Below the pieces are notes generated by a model. That model was not told where the DNA came from, searched no databases, and was given only the letters and a program-made list of their open reading frames with translations. This document shows, piece by piece, positions 21,551 to 31,535 of a stretch of 64,000 nt of DNA. Source of the DNA: a virus. The stretch lies in the IMG/VR virus record IMGVR_UViG_3300048587_000114, positions 3,646-67,645 of that record, one strand, 5' to 3'. The translations under genes and the position numbers were made by a program. Each line of letters starts with the position of its first letter. The stretch's first letter is position 1.

Positions 21551-21834
21551 ATGTACCAAAACAACTCCCACAGTTTGTAGAGACAGAACCCGTCGCTTCA
21601 TTAGCCGGTCTAATGAGTGTGCTGTTTAACAGCACACTCACAACGGCAAAGATGTTGGACTGGATTCCGCTGACATGGGAAGAACTTGTCTATATTGCGG
21701 CATGGTTTAACAGCTTGCTCGTTGTATTTACATACGTCCAACGTAGCCGGGTAACACCGGTTGCGAAGGCGAATGCTCGTATTGAGGAAGCAACGCAACT
21801 TCCTCCTGACGCTGATCCGCCGTTTATTAAGTAA
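21547..21834 (+). CDS. Holin
   Basis: Two TM segments, TEPV start and RSRVTPV tail; coupled to endolysin. Confidence 0.7.
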   Translation: MNVPKQLPQFVETEPVASLAGLMSVLFNSTLTTAKMLDWIPLTWEELVYIAAWFNSLLVVFTYVQRSRVTPVAKANARIEEATQLPPDADPPFIK

Positions 21835-21878
21835 GTGGTTGATTCAACGACAATGTGGTAAACTAAAGAAACATTCGG

Positions 21879-21906
21879 ATGAGCGGGGTGTGTACCCCGC
21901 TCATTT
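21879..21906 (+). terminator. Hairpin after holin
   Basis: ATGAGCGGGGT-GTGT-ACCCCGCTCAT followed by TT. Confidence 0.55.
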
Positions 21907-21925
21907 CTTAGTCAGGAAAGAGTGC

Positions 21926-22915
21926 ATGACGACACGATTCTGGACGCTCGATGAGATTGACGATGCTCATGCCTTGTCGGACGCCGAGTTCTTTGCTAAG
22001 TATCCCGACCGTTCGTTCGACGCTTTGCGTATCAAACGTGGTCGAACAAAACCCTCCGGATACACACGCTCGTTTGTGAGCGATAAAGTTACCAGTGATT
22101 TCAATTGGCGCGATGCAAATAAGGTTATCGCGTCCATGCAGGAACTCAAAACAACTGCACGCCTCAGTCAAGACACCGCTGACATTCGTATCGACACCGA
22201 TAAACCCATCTGCGTATTCGGACTGTCTGACACCCACATCCTTTCATGGGGGACCGATCACACCCTGTTCGAAAAGGTGACAGACGAAATCCTGAACACC
22301 GATGGGCTGTATGTCGCCCTTCTCGGTGACTTGGAACAAATGTCGATTAAACTGCGGGGCGTCCTTGAAGTAATGGACAACATGCTGCCACCAGAGTTGC
22401 AGCACCGTTATATTGAGTCGTGGCTGGACGAAATCAAGCATAAAGTCCTCTTTGCTACGTGGGATAACCACGCGGTTATGCGTGAAGAAAACGCCTCTGG
22501 TTATTCACGCTTTGCCGACATTATGAAGCGGAACGTGGTCTACTTTAACGGGATCGGGCACCCGGACATTCAGGTAGGCAACCAAGTCTATAAGTTCGCC
22601 GTAACACACCGGTTCCGTGGACGATCCATCTATAACCCGTGCCACGGCTCTATGATGTACCTTGTCCGAGAAGCCTTTGACCGGGAAATCGCTATGGCCG
22701 GAGACAGCCATGTGCCGGGACTCCTACAGTTTACCCACGGAGCAAAGACGAAGCTGGCACTCAATGCAGGTTCCATCCAAACAAACTCAGGGTATGCGAA
22801 GCGGTTTTTCTCCCTATCGACACACCCTGAGTTCCCCGGTGTTGTATTGTTCCCCGATGAGCACCGCTTTGCTCCGGTGTGGAACGTGCAGGACTGGATC
22901 AAGCTCCGGGGTTAA
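21926..22915 (+). CDS. Calcineurin-like metallophosphoesterase
   Basis: SDTH, GD, DNH, TH, GDSH motifs; ATG 21926 after AGGAAAG. Confidence 0.8.
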   Translation: MTTRFWTLDEIDDAHALSDAEFFAKYPDRSFDALRIKRGRTKPSGYTRSFVSDKVTSDFNWRDANKVIASMQELKTTARLSQDTADIRIDTDKPICVFGLSDTHILSWGTDHTLFEKVTDEILNTDGLYVALLGDLEQMSIKLRGVLEVMDNMLPPELQHRYIESWLDEIKHKVLFATWDNHAVMREENASGYSRFADIMKRNVVYFNGIGHPDIQVGNQVYKFAVTHRFRGRSIYNPCHGSMMYLVREAFDREIAMAGDSHVPGLLQFTHGAKTKLALNAGSIQTNSGYAKRFFSLSTHPEFPGVVLFPDEHRFAPVWNVQDWIKLRG

Positions 22916-23502
22916 AGGCCAAGCCCTCTGTTCAGCAATGTGCAGAGGGCGTGTGCATTTCCAAGTGCGTCCTCTGCGGCATTGTGCGTATGGGCTAACG
23001 GCCCTCTGAGTCCATCCTGGCGAAAGTCTCGTTTCATGCTTTTCTTGTAGCCCTTATAGAGACTTGTCAGGCTATCGCAGCTAAATCCGTAGGGATTACG
23101 CTGCTGGATATGCTTCTCTTTCATGTAGTGGTGGAAGTACCAACACACGAACATCCAGTCGAACCCGGCGTTATCCGACACAAACCGGATAGGGCCGTTT
23201 TCCTTTAGCGCCACGCTCCATTGCCAGAACAGTTCAATCATATCCCACGGGGCCGGATACGACAGCGTTTCGGCACGGGTACGCCCGATTGCTTTCAGCG
23301 CACCGGGGTCGTATGATTTGGTAATGGGGTGCATTTGAGCAAGGAAACGCGGTTGGTCTGCAATGCTCCAAATACCGATACCCTTCACATCCCGGTGAAC
23401 GACAACGGCTCCAAGTTCAATCAGAGAAAAGTCCCCCGGAATTGGGCCGTCTGCTTCGACGTCTACGCAGACGTATTGCATGGTCATGGTAAATCCTCCC
23501 AC
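22912..23502 (-). CDS. DEDDh 3'-5' exonuclease
   Basis: VDVEADG, NAGFD, HTHNAAEDA motifs. Confidence 0.85.
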   Translation of the reverse strand: MGGFTMTMQYVCVDVEADGPIPGDFSLIELGAVVVHRDVKGIGIWSIADQPRFLAQMHPITKSYDPGALKAIGRTRAETLSYPAPWDMIELFWQWSVALKENGPIRFVSDNAGFDWMFVCWYFHHYMKEKHIQQRNPYGFSCDSLTSLYKGYKKSMKRDFRQDGLRGPLAHTHNAAEDALGNAHALCTLLNRGLGL

Positions 23503-23930
23503 CAGTCAATGATAACGTTTGCCGCAACAAAGTCGCGGAACACGGACTCTGCAATCGCATTGTCCTGCGATGAGTAGTGCTTCCCGAATACGACACGTTC
23601 GATCCCGGCATTCAGGATGAGATTTGCACACTCCCTACACGGGAAGTGTGTGGCATACAGGGTGCCTCCCTGAGCCATTGCCCCGGCTTGTAGAAGCGCA
23701 TTAGCCTCTGCATGCACGGTACGCTTGCAGCGGCCCGTTTCAGGCTCGATAAGGCATCCTACCTCATTACAGTGCGGAAGTGCCCGTGGAGCGCCGTTAT
23801 AGCCCGTAGAAACGATAACGTGGTCACAGGTAATGACGGCTCCCACGGCAAGGCGGGGACATGTGCCCCGTTGGGCAACGACTCCGGCCACTTGCATCCA
23901 GATCGAATCAAAGGTTGTTCGTTGGGACAT
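23484..23930 (-). CDS. dCMP deaminase
   Basis: TGYNG, HAEANA, PCRECA motifs. Confidence 0.92.
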   Translation of the reverse strand: MSQRTTFDSIWMQVAGVVAQRGTCPRLAVGAVITCDHVIVSTGYNGAPRALPHCNEVGCLIEPETGRCKRTVHAEANALLQAGAMAQGGTLYATHFPCRECANLILNAGIERVVFGKHYSSQDNAIAESVFRDFVAANVIIDWWEDLP

Positions 23931-24159
23931 TCCATTTTTCCTTTATTTCAGCAAGCTGTTCTTCAGTGCAGCCGCTTTGCTCTGCAAGCCAGAACAGCAA
24001 TTCTAGGATCGCGGTACGGTACCCGGCAAGGGCACCGTACTCTTGAAGAAGCTCCGTTCGCTGCTCGATGGTTCGATATGTCGGTAGCGCCCGTGTCCGA
24101 CTATTCAGATCGTTAGAGCGCATGATGAAGGTGGACGCCATATCTTCTACAAACTTCAT
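23908..24159 (-). CDS. Hypothetical protein
   Basis: Fills gap between polymerase and deaminase genes; start uncertain. Confidence 0.5.
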   Translation of the reverse strand: MKFVEDMASTFIMRSNDLNSRTRALPTYRTIEQRTELLQEYGALAGYRTAILELLFWLAEQSGCTEEQLAEIKEKWNVPTNNL

Positions 24160-24167
24160 AGCGTCCT

Positions 24168-26717
24168 TTATGGCAATGTGGGTGGTATCCACGGTTTTAC
24201 ATTCCCCCAATTAGTCCCGATCTTGGCGTCAATGTCAAGCACCGCACCAGCCGGATTGTCAAACGGCCATGTTGTCATAACGCGATGCACAAGGTCCAGT
24301 GCTTCTTGCTCCCGCCCCTCACGCACTTCGCACTCGATAGAGTCATGGACAAGGAACAGCCCGTGCCCAAGGCGGCGGTCTTTCAGTTCCTTGTGAATCT
24401 CCATGAAGGATGTGAGATTCAAGTCAGATGCCAAACTCTGTACCGGTGAGTTCACCGATTGATTGAGCACGTTCTGACGATTCTCACGCGTTACAAGGTT
24501 CCAGCGACGTACCCGCCCGAATGGTGTCCGCGTCTCGCCCTCACTGAGTGCCTTTTTATGCTGCTCAAAGTACCACTCTCGGAACTTCGGCGCACCTTTG
24601 AAGTAATCGTCAATGAATACCTGTGCTGACTCGATAGTAATACCAAGCCGTTCTGACAGGCCCATTGCCGACATGCCGTAGAGAATGCCAAAGTTAATGA
24701 CCTTGGCCGCTTGCCGCTCATCATCGGTGACGTCATCAATGCTCTTTTTGAACATCTTTGCCGCCATTGCCTTGTGAAAGTCCCCGGACATGACCGCTTC
24801 ACCGAGCACTTCGTCTTGCGAAAGGAACCACGCGCACCGGATTTCAAGCTGCGAGTAGTCTGCGGACAGCCACACATGGCCCGGAGAAGGGAGGAACATC
24901 CGCTTAATGGAGTCGAACCCCTTGACCGTGGCGCTTCGCGGGATCGTCTGCAACGGCGGGTTATGCATCGCAAGCCGTCCAGTCACGGCACCACGAATGT
25001 CGATGTTCGGATGCACCCGTCCGTCAGACTTGATATGTTGTGCGATACCGCGCACATACGTGCTCATCATATGGTTAATCAAGCTAAAGTTCTCTAGCTT
25101 TTCAACCAGCGGATGATTCGCATGCTCTGCACGGAACGGTTTCCCCGTACTCAGATTGCCGGTCTTATCGTCGTACACCGGCTTTAGCTTCAGGTGGTCA
25201 TAAATCAACGAGATAAGCTGCGGTTGTGATTTTGGGTTGAACGGCTCATCTCGATAGAGTTGTTTCCACCCTGTGAACTTTCGCTCGACAACCGGCACGA
25301 ACTGCATCTTTCCATCGACACGCTTTCGCTTTTGCGTGACCACGGTTTCATACACACGCTCTTTCCGGTCAGGGACCGTCCGCTTCCAACCGAGGGACGC
25401 TGCATACTCTGCAAGCTCCCGCTCTGCTGCTTCGACTTTTGGTCCCCATTCCTTTTCTAGCGTTGCGACGTAGGTTTGATCGACAAGTACCCCGTGTCGC
25501 TCAATCTCTGCGAATGTTCGTTGTGCAGGTTCCAGTACATTGCGCACAAGATCAAGTGTGCCTTCTTCCGCACAGAGGCCGGTAAGAATAGGCTCCACAC
25601 GGGCTGTGTATACCACATCAAGGCCAGCGTATTTTGCGAGTATGTGACGCGGCACATTCGCCCACCCTTTCTTCCCGCCAGAAAGATACTGGTGGACTTC
25701 ATCTTCGTAGTAGGGCGCATTCAACCACTCCCGTGAGAGCGTTTTCAAGCCGACCTTATTCTTGTGTTCAGTCAGCCCGAGCGCAAGACACATAGTGTCA
25801 ATGTCGTTTACCGGCGTCCGGTCAAAATACTCCTGAATCCATTGCCGGTCGAACGACATGTTGTGAATTACCCATGTGAACCGCTCATCCTCCATAAGCC
25901 ACTGAAACATCTGACGCGCACCGTCGTTCTTGAATACGTCTGCTTCGATGACGGCGGCACGCTCGGTGTTCCCAATCGCTACCTGAAGCAGTTCAGCATC
26001 CAGTACGCTTAGGTCCGACGTCTCCACGTCCAAGGCCAGCTTAAACCCGGCCTTTCCTGCGAGTAGATCACCGAGGACTGCGAGGGTGCCTTTAAGGTCC
26101 GTAACATGCTTGACAGGAATCTTTTCATTCCGATCAGGGAGTACAAGCGTACCGTTGACCAACCGGACTGCACGCTTTGTCGAACCAAGCAAATCTTCAA
26201 ACTTGCCTTCTTCCTTTCCGTGAGCAACAATACCCGGATGGTACGTTGGTAGAATCGGGGCCGGTACGTCCGGACGATGCTCTACCACACCCTGAAGCTC
26301 ACCGAGCGAGTACCGTGACTGCATCAGGCTTTTGGTTGCCGTAGTGCCGAGCGACAGAACGAGTTTCGGTTGCACGATTTTCAGTTCTTCGATCAGTCGG
26401 GGACGACAACACGCAATAGCCGTTGGGGGTGGCGGAATGTCCGAATAGTCGTCTGCTTGTGATTGGCAGAGGACTGCATTCGTCGTCCACACATCCTTCC
26501 GCTGTGTGTTGTTGCGTTCCAGAATCTTGTCCATGACGTCACCGGGGCGTCCTGCAATTGGCTTGCGTGCCCGAACGTCAAGGTAGTTTGGGTTATCCCC
26601 GACGAGAACAAGATCGGCTCCGGGGTTTCCAGAGCCGTGAATCGGATTGAACTTCTTGTAGAGGGGACAGCTTGTGCATTTTGCGTACTTCAACGCCTGT
26701 GCCGTTGGGTTCTCCAT
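24168..26717 (-). CDS. polA: Family A DNA polymerase with N-terminal uracil-DNA glycosylase (family 4-like) domain
   Basis: CTSCPL/VGDNP/TNAVLC/TYHP; exonuclease DVET, HNMSFD, YAGLD; polymerase TGRL, ADYSQLE, RQAAKVINFGILYG, VHDS. Confidence 0.95.
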   Translation of the reverse strand: MENPTAQALKYAKCTSCPLYKKFNPIHGSGNPGADLVLVGDNPNYLDVRARKPIAGRPGDVMDKILERNNTQRKDVWTTNAVLCQSQADDYSDIPPPPTAIACCRPRLIEELKIVQPKLVLSLGTTATKSLMQSRYSLGELQGVVEHRPDVPAPILPTYHPGIVAHGKEEGKFEDLLGSTKRAVRLVNGTLVLPDRNEKIPVKHVTDLKGTLAVLGDLLAGKAGFKLALDVETSDLSVLDAELLQVAIGNTERAAVIEADVFKNDGARQMFQWLMEDERFTWVIHNMSFDRQWIQEYFDRTPVNDIDTMCLALGLTEHKNKVGLKTLSREWLNAPYYEDEVHQYLSGGKKGWANVPRHILAKYAGLDVVYTARVEPILTGLCAEEGTLDLVRNVLEPAQRTFAEIERHGVLVDQTYVATLEKEWGPKVEAAERELAEYAASLGWKRTVPDRKERVYETVVTQKRKRVDGKMQFVPVVERKFTGWKQLYRDEPFNPKSQPQLISLIYDHLKLKPVYDDKTGNLSTGKPFRAEHANHPLVEKLENFSLINHMMSTYVRGIAQHIKSDGRVHPNIDIRGAVTGRLAMHNPPLQTIPRSATVKGFDSIKRMFLPSPGHVWLSADYSQLEIRCAWFLSQDEVLGEAVMSGDFHKAMAAKMFKKSIDDVTDDERQAAKVINFGILYGMSAMGLSERLGITIESAQVFIDDYFKGAPKFREWYFEQHKKALSEGETRTPFGRVRRWNLVTRENRQNVLNQSVNSPVQSLASDLNLTSFMEIHKELKDRRLGHGLFLVHDSIECEVREGREQEALDLVHRVMTTWPFDNPAGAVLDIDAKIGTNWGNVKPWIPPTLP

Positions 26718-26960
26718 TTAATTCCCCCGTGCCGTATACAGCGGCTCACCGAATTGATCGGTAATCCCCCCGGTGTGAATCTTCACAGCGGTATCACAGG
26801 CGGGGCATGGGATGAAGTTCACCGGCTGCTTGCCGTGCTCCTTGTAGGTCAGGATCACGTCAGTTGCCTCAACCTGCAACACCTTGCTGCATCCGATGCA
26901 CTTGAAGTGCTTTCCAACCGCCCACGGACTACCCGTATGCGCGTGCCGGATAATTTTCAT
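26718..26960 (-). CDS. Small Zn-ribbon protein
   Basis: CIGC...CPAC. Confidence 0.55.
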   Translation of the reverse strand: MKIIRHAHTGSPWAVGKHFKCIGCSKVLQVEATDVILTYKEHGKQPVNFIPCPACDTAVKIHTGGITDQFGEPLYTARGN

Positions 26961-27364
26961 TTGGTATCGTCCTCCTTCAGAATGGTCGCTACGAAGTACA
27001 GGATGTGAGCATAGGCATCAGCCGCGTGGGAATCGCCCACCACAGCCTTTGCCTTGCTCACATACGCTTTTCGGAACTGAGGGGGTTGCACGAACACCCT
27101 CAGTCCGAATAGCGTGCAGAAGTGCTCGATGAGGCCGAGCAACTTCAGAGTGTGTATTGCCGCCTTTGTGCGGTATCCGCCGCCGACGAAGTTCTCGACA
27201 AGAACAAGTACGTTTTCCCCGCTCTCCGCTCTGCTACGTGCTGCGTTGAGTGCGGCTCCGATTTCGGACACATTGCGCGTTTGGACGGCGTGTACGTGTC
27301 CGCTCTCTGTATCAAGTTCGGCTATGCCGGTCGTTTCGCCGGGGTCAAAGGCAACAATCCACAT
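26957..27364 (-). CDS. RuvC-like Holliday junction resolvase
   Basis: AFDPGETTG, LVE, HAADA motifs. Confidence 0.85.
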   Translation of the reverse strand: MWIVAFDPGETTGIAELDTESGHVHAVQTRNVSEIGAALNAARSRAESGENVLVLVENFVGGGYRTKAAIHTLKLLGLIEHFCTLFGLRVFVQPPQFRKAYVSKAKAVVGDSHAADAYAHILYFVATILKEDDTK

Positions 27365-27371
27365 GGGGGGA

Positions 27372-27872
27372 TTATCCCCAACCGAGGGTATTGTCGGATG
27401 CCCCTCCCCCTACGGGGAGAATCCGATCAATCTGGTTACGCTTTTCGTACACACGGCCCGTCTCCGGATCGGTGCGCTGCTCTTGAATCTTCAGACGAAC
27501 GGTTACGCGTTCACCATGAATCCGTTCAAGCATATCGTCAATGTAGATGATAGCTTCGCCTTCTTCCGGCTCGTAACCTTCGAACTCATCTCGGTATCCG
27601 ATGGTGGCTTCACCCTGAAGTTCGTCCCCCGGAATACCCGCTGCGGTCAGAAGTTGCTTGAACTTCCATGTCGTCGTCGGATGGATGATGTAGGTATCGA
27701 ACACCGAACCCCCATCTTCCAGCTTGTACCGCACGTTGATCGTCGTTGCGCCCTTGGTTTTAGCGCCGTTACTGACGTCTCGCTTGAAGCTGAATACAGC
27801 GGCGTCATAATCACCGGCTGGCTTAACTTCGAAATTACTGCCTGCGTTCAGGTCTGTTCGGATAGGTGGCAT
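27372..27872 (-). CDS. ssDNA-binding protein (DUF669-like)
   Basis: KPAGDYDA start; sits next to Sak4-like ATPase. Confidence 0.7.
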   Translation of the reverse strand: MPPIRTDLNAGSNFEVKPAGDYDAAVFSFKRDVSNGAKTKGATTINVRYKLEDGGSVFDTYIIHPTTTWKFKQLLTAAGIPGDELQGEATIGYRDEFEGYEPEEGEAIIYIDDMLERIHGERVTVRLKIQEQRTDPETGRVYEKRNQIDRILPVGGGASDNTLGWG

Positions 27873-27900
27873 CTGTTCCTCCTGAGAACGTTACGTATGT

Positions 27901-27929
27901 AGTATACCCGATAGCTGACGACGTGTCAA
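27901..27929 (-). promoter_or_regulatory. Sigma70-type promoter
   Basis: Minus strand TTGACA-N17-TATACT. Confidence 0.8.
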
Positions 27930-27930
27930 G

Positions 27931-28206
27931 CTATTCGTAGGGGTCAATATGTTCGGCTCCGATTTCGTACAACTCATCGTCGTACCAATCGGTATCAGAC
28001 TCGTAGTCTCCATCGAACGAATCGGGTTGAAGCCCTCCGGACGCTAACATCGTCCCGACGTTCTTCAACGCTCCGGCAATCGCTTCGACGGATTGAAAGT
28101 CGAACGTTTCGACAGTCCATGACCGGAGTTCGTGTCCTGCTTGGTCGAACTCGGTAATGTAAACTTCAAGGTTATACATGAGCATAGGAGATTCTTCGTT
28201 AGGCAT
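27931..28206 (-). CDS. Hypothetical acidic protein
   Basis: Coupled to ATPase stop, RBS GGAGG. Confidence 0.55.
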   Translation of the reverse strand: MPNEESPMLMYNLEVYITEFDQAGHELRSWTVETFDFQSVEAIAGALKNVGTMLASGGLQPDSFDGDYESDTDWYDDELYEIGAEHIDPYE

Positions 28207-28963
28207 CGGTTCCTCCCTTCAGTGCATCAATGACAACTGCAAGCGATGGGTTCTCCATCTTATCAGGCACACGCTTGACGCTCATCGGTTGTCGTACCTT
28301 TGCAGAAAACTTGTTGGTTCCAGCGAGATGCAAGACACGTTGACCGGTCTTTTCGTTCCATGTCAGGTAGCCAATGGAGTCAACCGCTGCACCAACGTTG
28401 ATACTGGAACCCGGTGTGAGCGCGGGTCCAACCTTAACGGTTCCGGTAGCTTCGTCCCTAGTCTCTCGTTCCAAGGCCGTGAAAATGGTGTTAATCCCTT
28501 TGGTGTGGGTGAGCGTACGGAACGCCCGTACCATAGCCAGTAGGCGATCATTCACTTTCCCCCAATCCTGCTGTGTGACTTGTTCACGCGTCCCCACGAC
28601 GCTTTTCAGACACATCGTCTGTGCTTCACTGAGTGAGTCAATAATGACCGTCTTGAAGGTGTTCTCTGTGTCAGACAAAAGCGCATCGTACACACGCTGC
28701 AAGTCTGACCATTGCGACGGACGGTACACCATAATGTCAGGCCGGTCGCTGATGGACATGGTGCCGCCTTCAAGGTCTACGTACAGCACGTCACGCCCAT
28801 TCGGTGTGTCCTGTGCCGTCCCACAAAGCGTCGTCTTTCCGGCTCCGGAAACACCGTACAGGAGAATGTTGAGTCCCCAAACCTGTCCAACTTCGGACGC
28901 TTTGAGTAGGTTCAGGTTGCCGAGTTTCGGCGTGAGAACGGTTTTATCTGTCATACGGTCCAT
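28199..28963 (-). CDS. AAA_24 / Sak4-like ATPase (ssDNA annealing)
   Basis: YGVSGAGKT, DLEGG, VIIDSLSE, QQDWG. Confidence 0.88.
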   Translation of the reverse strand: MDRMTDKTVLTPKLGNLNLLKASEVGQVWGLNILLYGVSGAGKTTLCGTAQDTPNGRDVLYVDLEGGTMSISDRPDIMVYRPSQWSDLQRVYDALLSDTENTFKTVIIDSLSEAQTMCLKSVVGTREQVTQQDWGKVNDRLLAMVRAFRTLTHTKGINTIFTALERETRDEATGTVKVGPALTPGSSINVGAAVDSIGYLTWNEKTGQRVLHLAGTNKFSAKVRQPMSVKRVPDKMENPSLAVVIDALKGGTDA

Positions 28964-29593
28964 CTACTCCTTTCCCCATTGACTAGCCATTGCGTCGGCA
29001 ATACCTTGGAACGTGGTGCTTCTAATTTTCCACCGATCTTTAGACGGTGGAGTGTGCCATAAACGGTGTTGAACCTGTCGAGGCAAAAGAAGCATTTCTT
29101 CTTTAACCACATTTGTCGGGTTTAGCATAGGCAAGTTTTTTAGCCATAGGCATGTACCCTTCCGCTCTGGATGCCCAAACATCCACGGTTGAATAACCTG
29201 TGTTTGGGACTCACCGATAATTTTTCTTGCGTGGTTGTGCATAATGGGATTTTCGACGGCAATGCGCGAAATAGGTGCGTCTAGAAGTGCTCTGAAAAAC
29301 AACGCTCCTTCTCGCATCGCTTTCCATCTCGCTTCTCCGTAAATACCTGTTGTTTTTTTCATATCTCGCGGCTCTCGATAAAGCCATTGAACCCCTGAAT
29401 TACACAGGTAAGTGCATGGCGGGTGCGCGATCATCATATCCCATCCGTTATCCAATACATCCCTCACATCTCCTTGGTAGTGTGGGCCAGGACGATCAGT
29501 AGGAAGAAGGTCGCATGACATGGCATCGTGACCATGCGCAAGAAAGGCATCCCGAACAACTCCCGAATACTCACACGCTACAAGCACTTTCAA
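28964..29593 (-). CDS. Short phage C5-cytosine DNA methyltransferase-like protein
   Basis: VLVACEYSG, AHPPCTYL, VENP, K.TCLWL, RSTTFQGIA. Confidence 0.75.
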   Translation of the reverse strand: MKVLVACEYSGVVRDAFLAHGHDAMSCDLLPTDRPGPHYQGDVRDVLDNGWDMMIAHPPCTYLCNSGVQWLYREPRDMKKTTGIYGEARWKAMREGALFFRALLDAPISRIAVENPIMHNHARKIIGESQTQVIQPWMFGHPERKGTCLWLKNLPMLNPTNVVKEEMLLLPRQVQHRLWHTPPSKDRWKIRSTTFQGIADAMASQWGKE

Positions 29594-29596
29594 GTC

Positions 29597-30679
29597 TTAC
29601 TCCTTTCCAAGTGACGTAAAGTAATCCGCATCAACCGCTTGCTCGTCACCGTGACGCTGCTGGAACGATTGACTTCCGGCATTCTTTGTATACCCAAACT
29701 GGATAATCGTATCCACATCTTCCTGATGCTGCATGGCCGAACACAGGTCTTTGACGTGGCAATCCCACGCACAGGTTGATTGGAAGTTCGGGTACACATG
29801 CGTTAGATCAGACATGTCGTGGTACACCGCTTGTAGTTGTCCCACGAACGAGTCGATTTGCGCCTGTGTAATGGGAATGGTGTAGCGAACATAGAAGGGT
29901 GTCGCGGTCCCGCTATCCCGCTCCATGAGCCGTTCCAGAATGTCCTGATATGGGGCAAAGGCGAGATTGTTTTCGTTGATCGCGGCAACGTACGACATGT
30001 AGTCGATGGAATCTGACCACGCCTTCGACAGACCACCCCGCTGCAACCGCTCCGGCTTGCGAGGAACTTTTCGGCTTACTCCATCGTAGAGAATCCCCGC
30101 AATGGGTTGGCCGAACAGTTGACTCGCCGCCCATGCATACGCGGTAAACTGTGGCCGGAGCACTAGACTGTCGTAGTCAGGCCGACGATCAAACGTCTTG
30201 ATTTCTCCGACGAACCACTGTCCGTCGCTTCGTTCAATCAAGCGGTCAAGCGTTCCAATGAGGAACCCATCGGTTCCGGGGATCGGTACGCGGAAGGTCT
30301 GTTCGGCGGCGCGAACGGTAAAGTTCTCTCCAAGCGGATTCTTGGCTCCGTACTTGGTGAAGTACCGGCGCACCACATCAACCGCCTGATAACCTTGCTG
30401 CTTGAACTCTGCTTCTTCATCCGTAGAAGGTTCAGTGCCAGCCGCATTTTTATAGGCAACAAAAAATCGGTCCCACTCTTTCCCATACTCTGCACTGACG
30501 GCATCATAAGGGTTTTCCCCCGCTGAATGCGCGGCCAGTCCTGCATGAACAAGCGTACCGATATTGAGCACCGCACGCGGTAGCGCGATACGGCGAAGTG
30601 CCTGACGGTTCGGGGAACTAATATCCCACTGACGCCGACACCGAAGGAATTGTGAGACTTCCGAAATGGAAATATCCAA
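29597..30679 (-). CDS. Cas4-like PD-(D/E)XK exonuclease
   Basis: FLRCRRQW, GTLVH, GTLD, EIKT, QFTAY, C-terminal CAWDCHVKDLC. Confidence 0.88.
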   Translation of the reverse strand: MDISISEVSQFLRCRRQWDISSPNRQALRRIALPRAVLNIGTLVHAGLAAHSAGENPYDAVSAEYGKEWDRFFVAYKNAAGTEPSTDEEAEFKQQGYQAVDVVRRYFTKYGAKNPLGENFTVRAAEQTFRVPIPGTDGFLIGTLDRLIERSDGQWFVGEIKTFDRRPDYDSLVLRPQFTAYAWAASQLFGQPIAGILYDGVSRKVPRKPERLQRGGLSKAWSDSIDYMSYVAAINENNLAFAPYQDILERLMERDSGTATPFYVRYTIPITQAQIDSFVGQLQAVYHDMSDLTHVYPNFQSTCAWDCHVKDLCSAMQHQEDVDTIIQFGYTKNAGSQSFQQRHGDEQAVDADYFTSLGKE

Positions 30680-30728
30680 GGTACGTTTACCTTTCTTCGC
30701 TAGTCACGGTACGCTTACCGTGCTTGTA

Positions 30729-30757
30729 AGTATACACAGGGTACATCCCTGCGTCAA
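30729..30757 (-). promoter_or_regulatory. Sigma70-type promoter
   Basis: Minus strand TTGACG-N17-TATACT. Confidence 0.7.
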
Positions 30758-31521
30758 GGGATGATGCACTTCGTTTCCATGCCCACCAGAGCGAAACGTT
30801 GGAGCATCGTATCTATTGCTTGCTTGTTTGCATCAATAGAAAAGGAGTTGCGACTGAGTTGATGTGCAGCAACGGCTGTCGTACCACTCCCCGCAAAGAA
30901 GTCCAATACGGTATCCCCCGGCTGTGATGATGCAGTAATAATACGACGGAGAATACCGAGCGGTTTCTGCGTTGGATAGCCTGTCTTTTCTCGACCACCC
31001 GGACTCACAATCGTATGCCACCATACATCGGTCGGGAGCTTGCCCCGTGCCGCCTTTTCCGGACCGCATAATCCCGGTGCCATATACGGTTCTCGGTCAA
31101 CATCCTCGGAGTTGAAGTGATAGGTCTTTTTATTCTTTACGTAAACGAGAATGTTGTCGTGCTTTGTCGGCCAACGTCGCTTTGTTCGTGCGCCGTAGTC
31201 GTACGCCCAAATGATTTCATTTAGGAAGTTTTCTCGACCAAAGATACTGTCTAACAGTACCTTGATATAGTGGACTTCTCGGTAATCAAGATGAACGTAG
31301 AGCGTTCCGTCGTCTGTCAAAAGACGGTGCGCTTCTCGCAGTCGGGGTTCTATAAACGCGGGATAGTCCGTGTAACGATCTGTATAGGACAACGGACCGC
31401 CACGCTGTTGTGTAATACCTGTGTTGAAGGGAGGATCAATGTAAATAAGCCGAAACGATTCATCGTGCATCGGTTTGAGTGCCGACAGATTATCCTCCCA
31501 AATAACGGTGTGTGTGGTCAC
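30754..31521 (-). CDS. N6-adenine/N4-cytosine DNA methyltransferase (beta class)
   Basis: IDPPFN, YPTQKP, LDFFAGSGTT. Confidence 0.93.
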   Translation of the reverse strand: MTTHTVIWEDNLSALKPMHDESFRLIYIDPPFNTGITQQRGGPLSYTDRYTDYPAFIEPRLREAHRLLTDDGTLYVHLDYREVHYIKVLLDSIFGRENFLNEIIWAYDYGARTKRRWPTKHDNILVYVKNKKTYHFNSEDVDREPYMAPGLCGPEKAARGKLPTDVWWHTIVSPGGREKTGYPTQKPLGILRRIITASSQPGDTVLDFFAGSGTTAVAAHQLSRNSFSIDANKQAIDTMLQRFALVGMETKCIIP

Positions 31522-31535
31522 AGTTCCTCCCCCTT

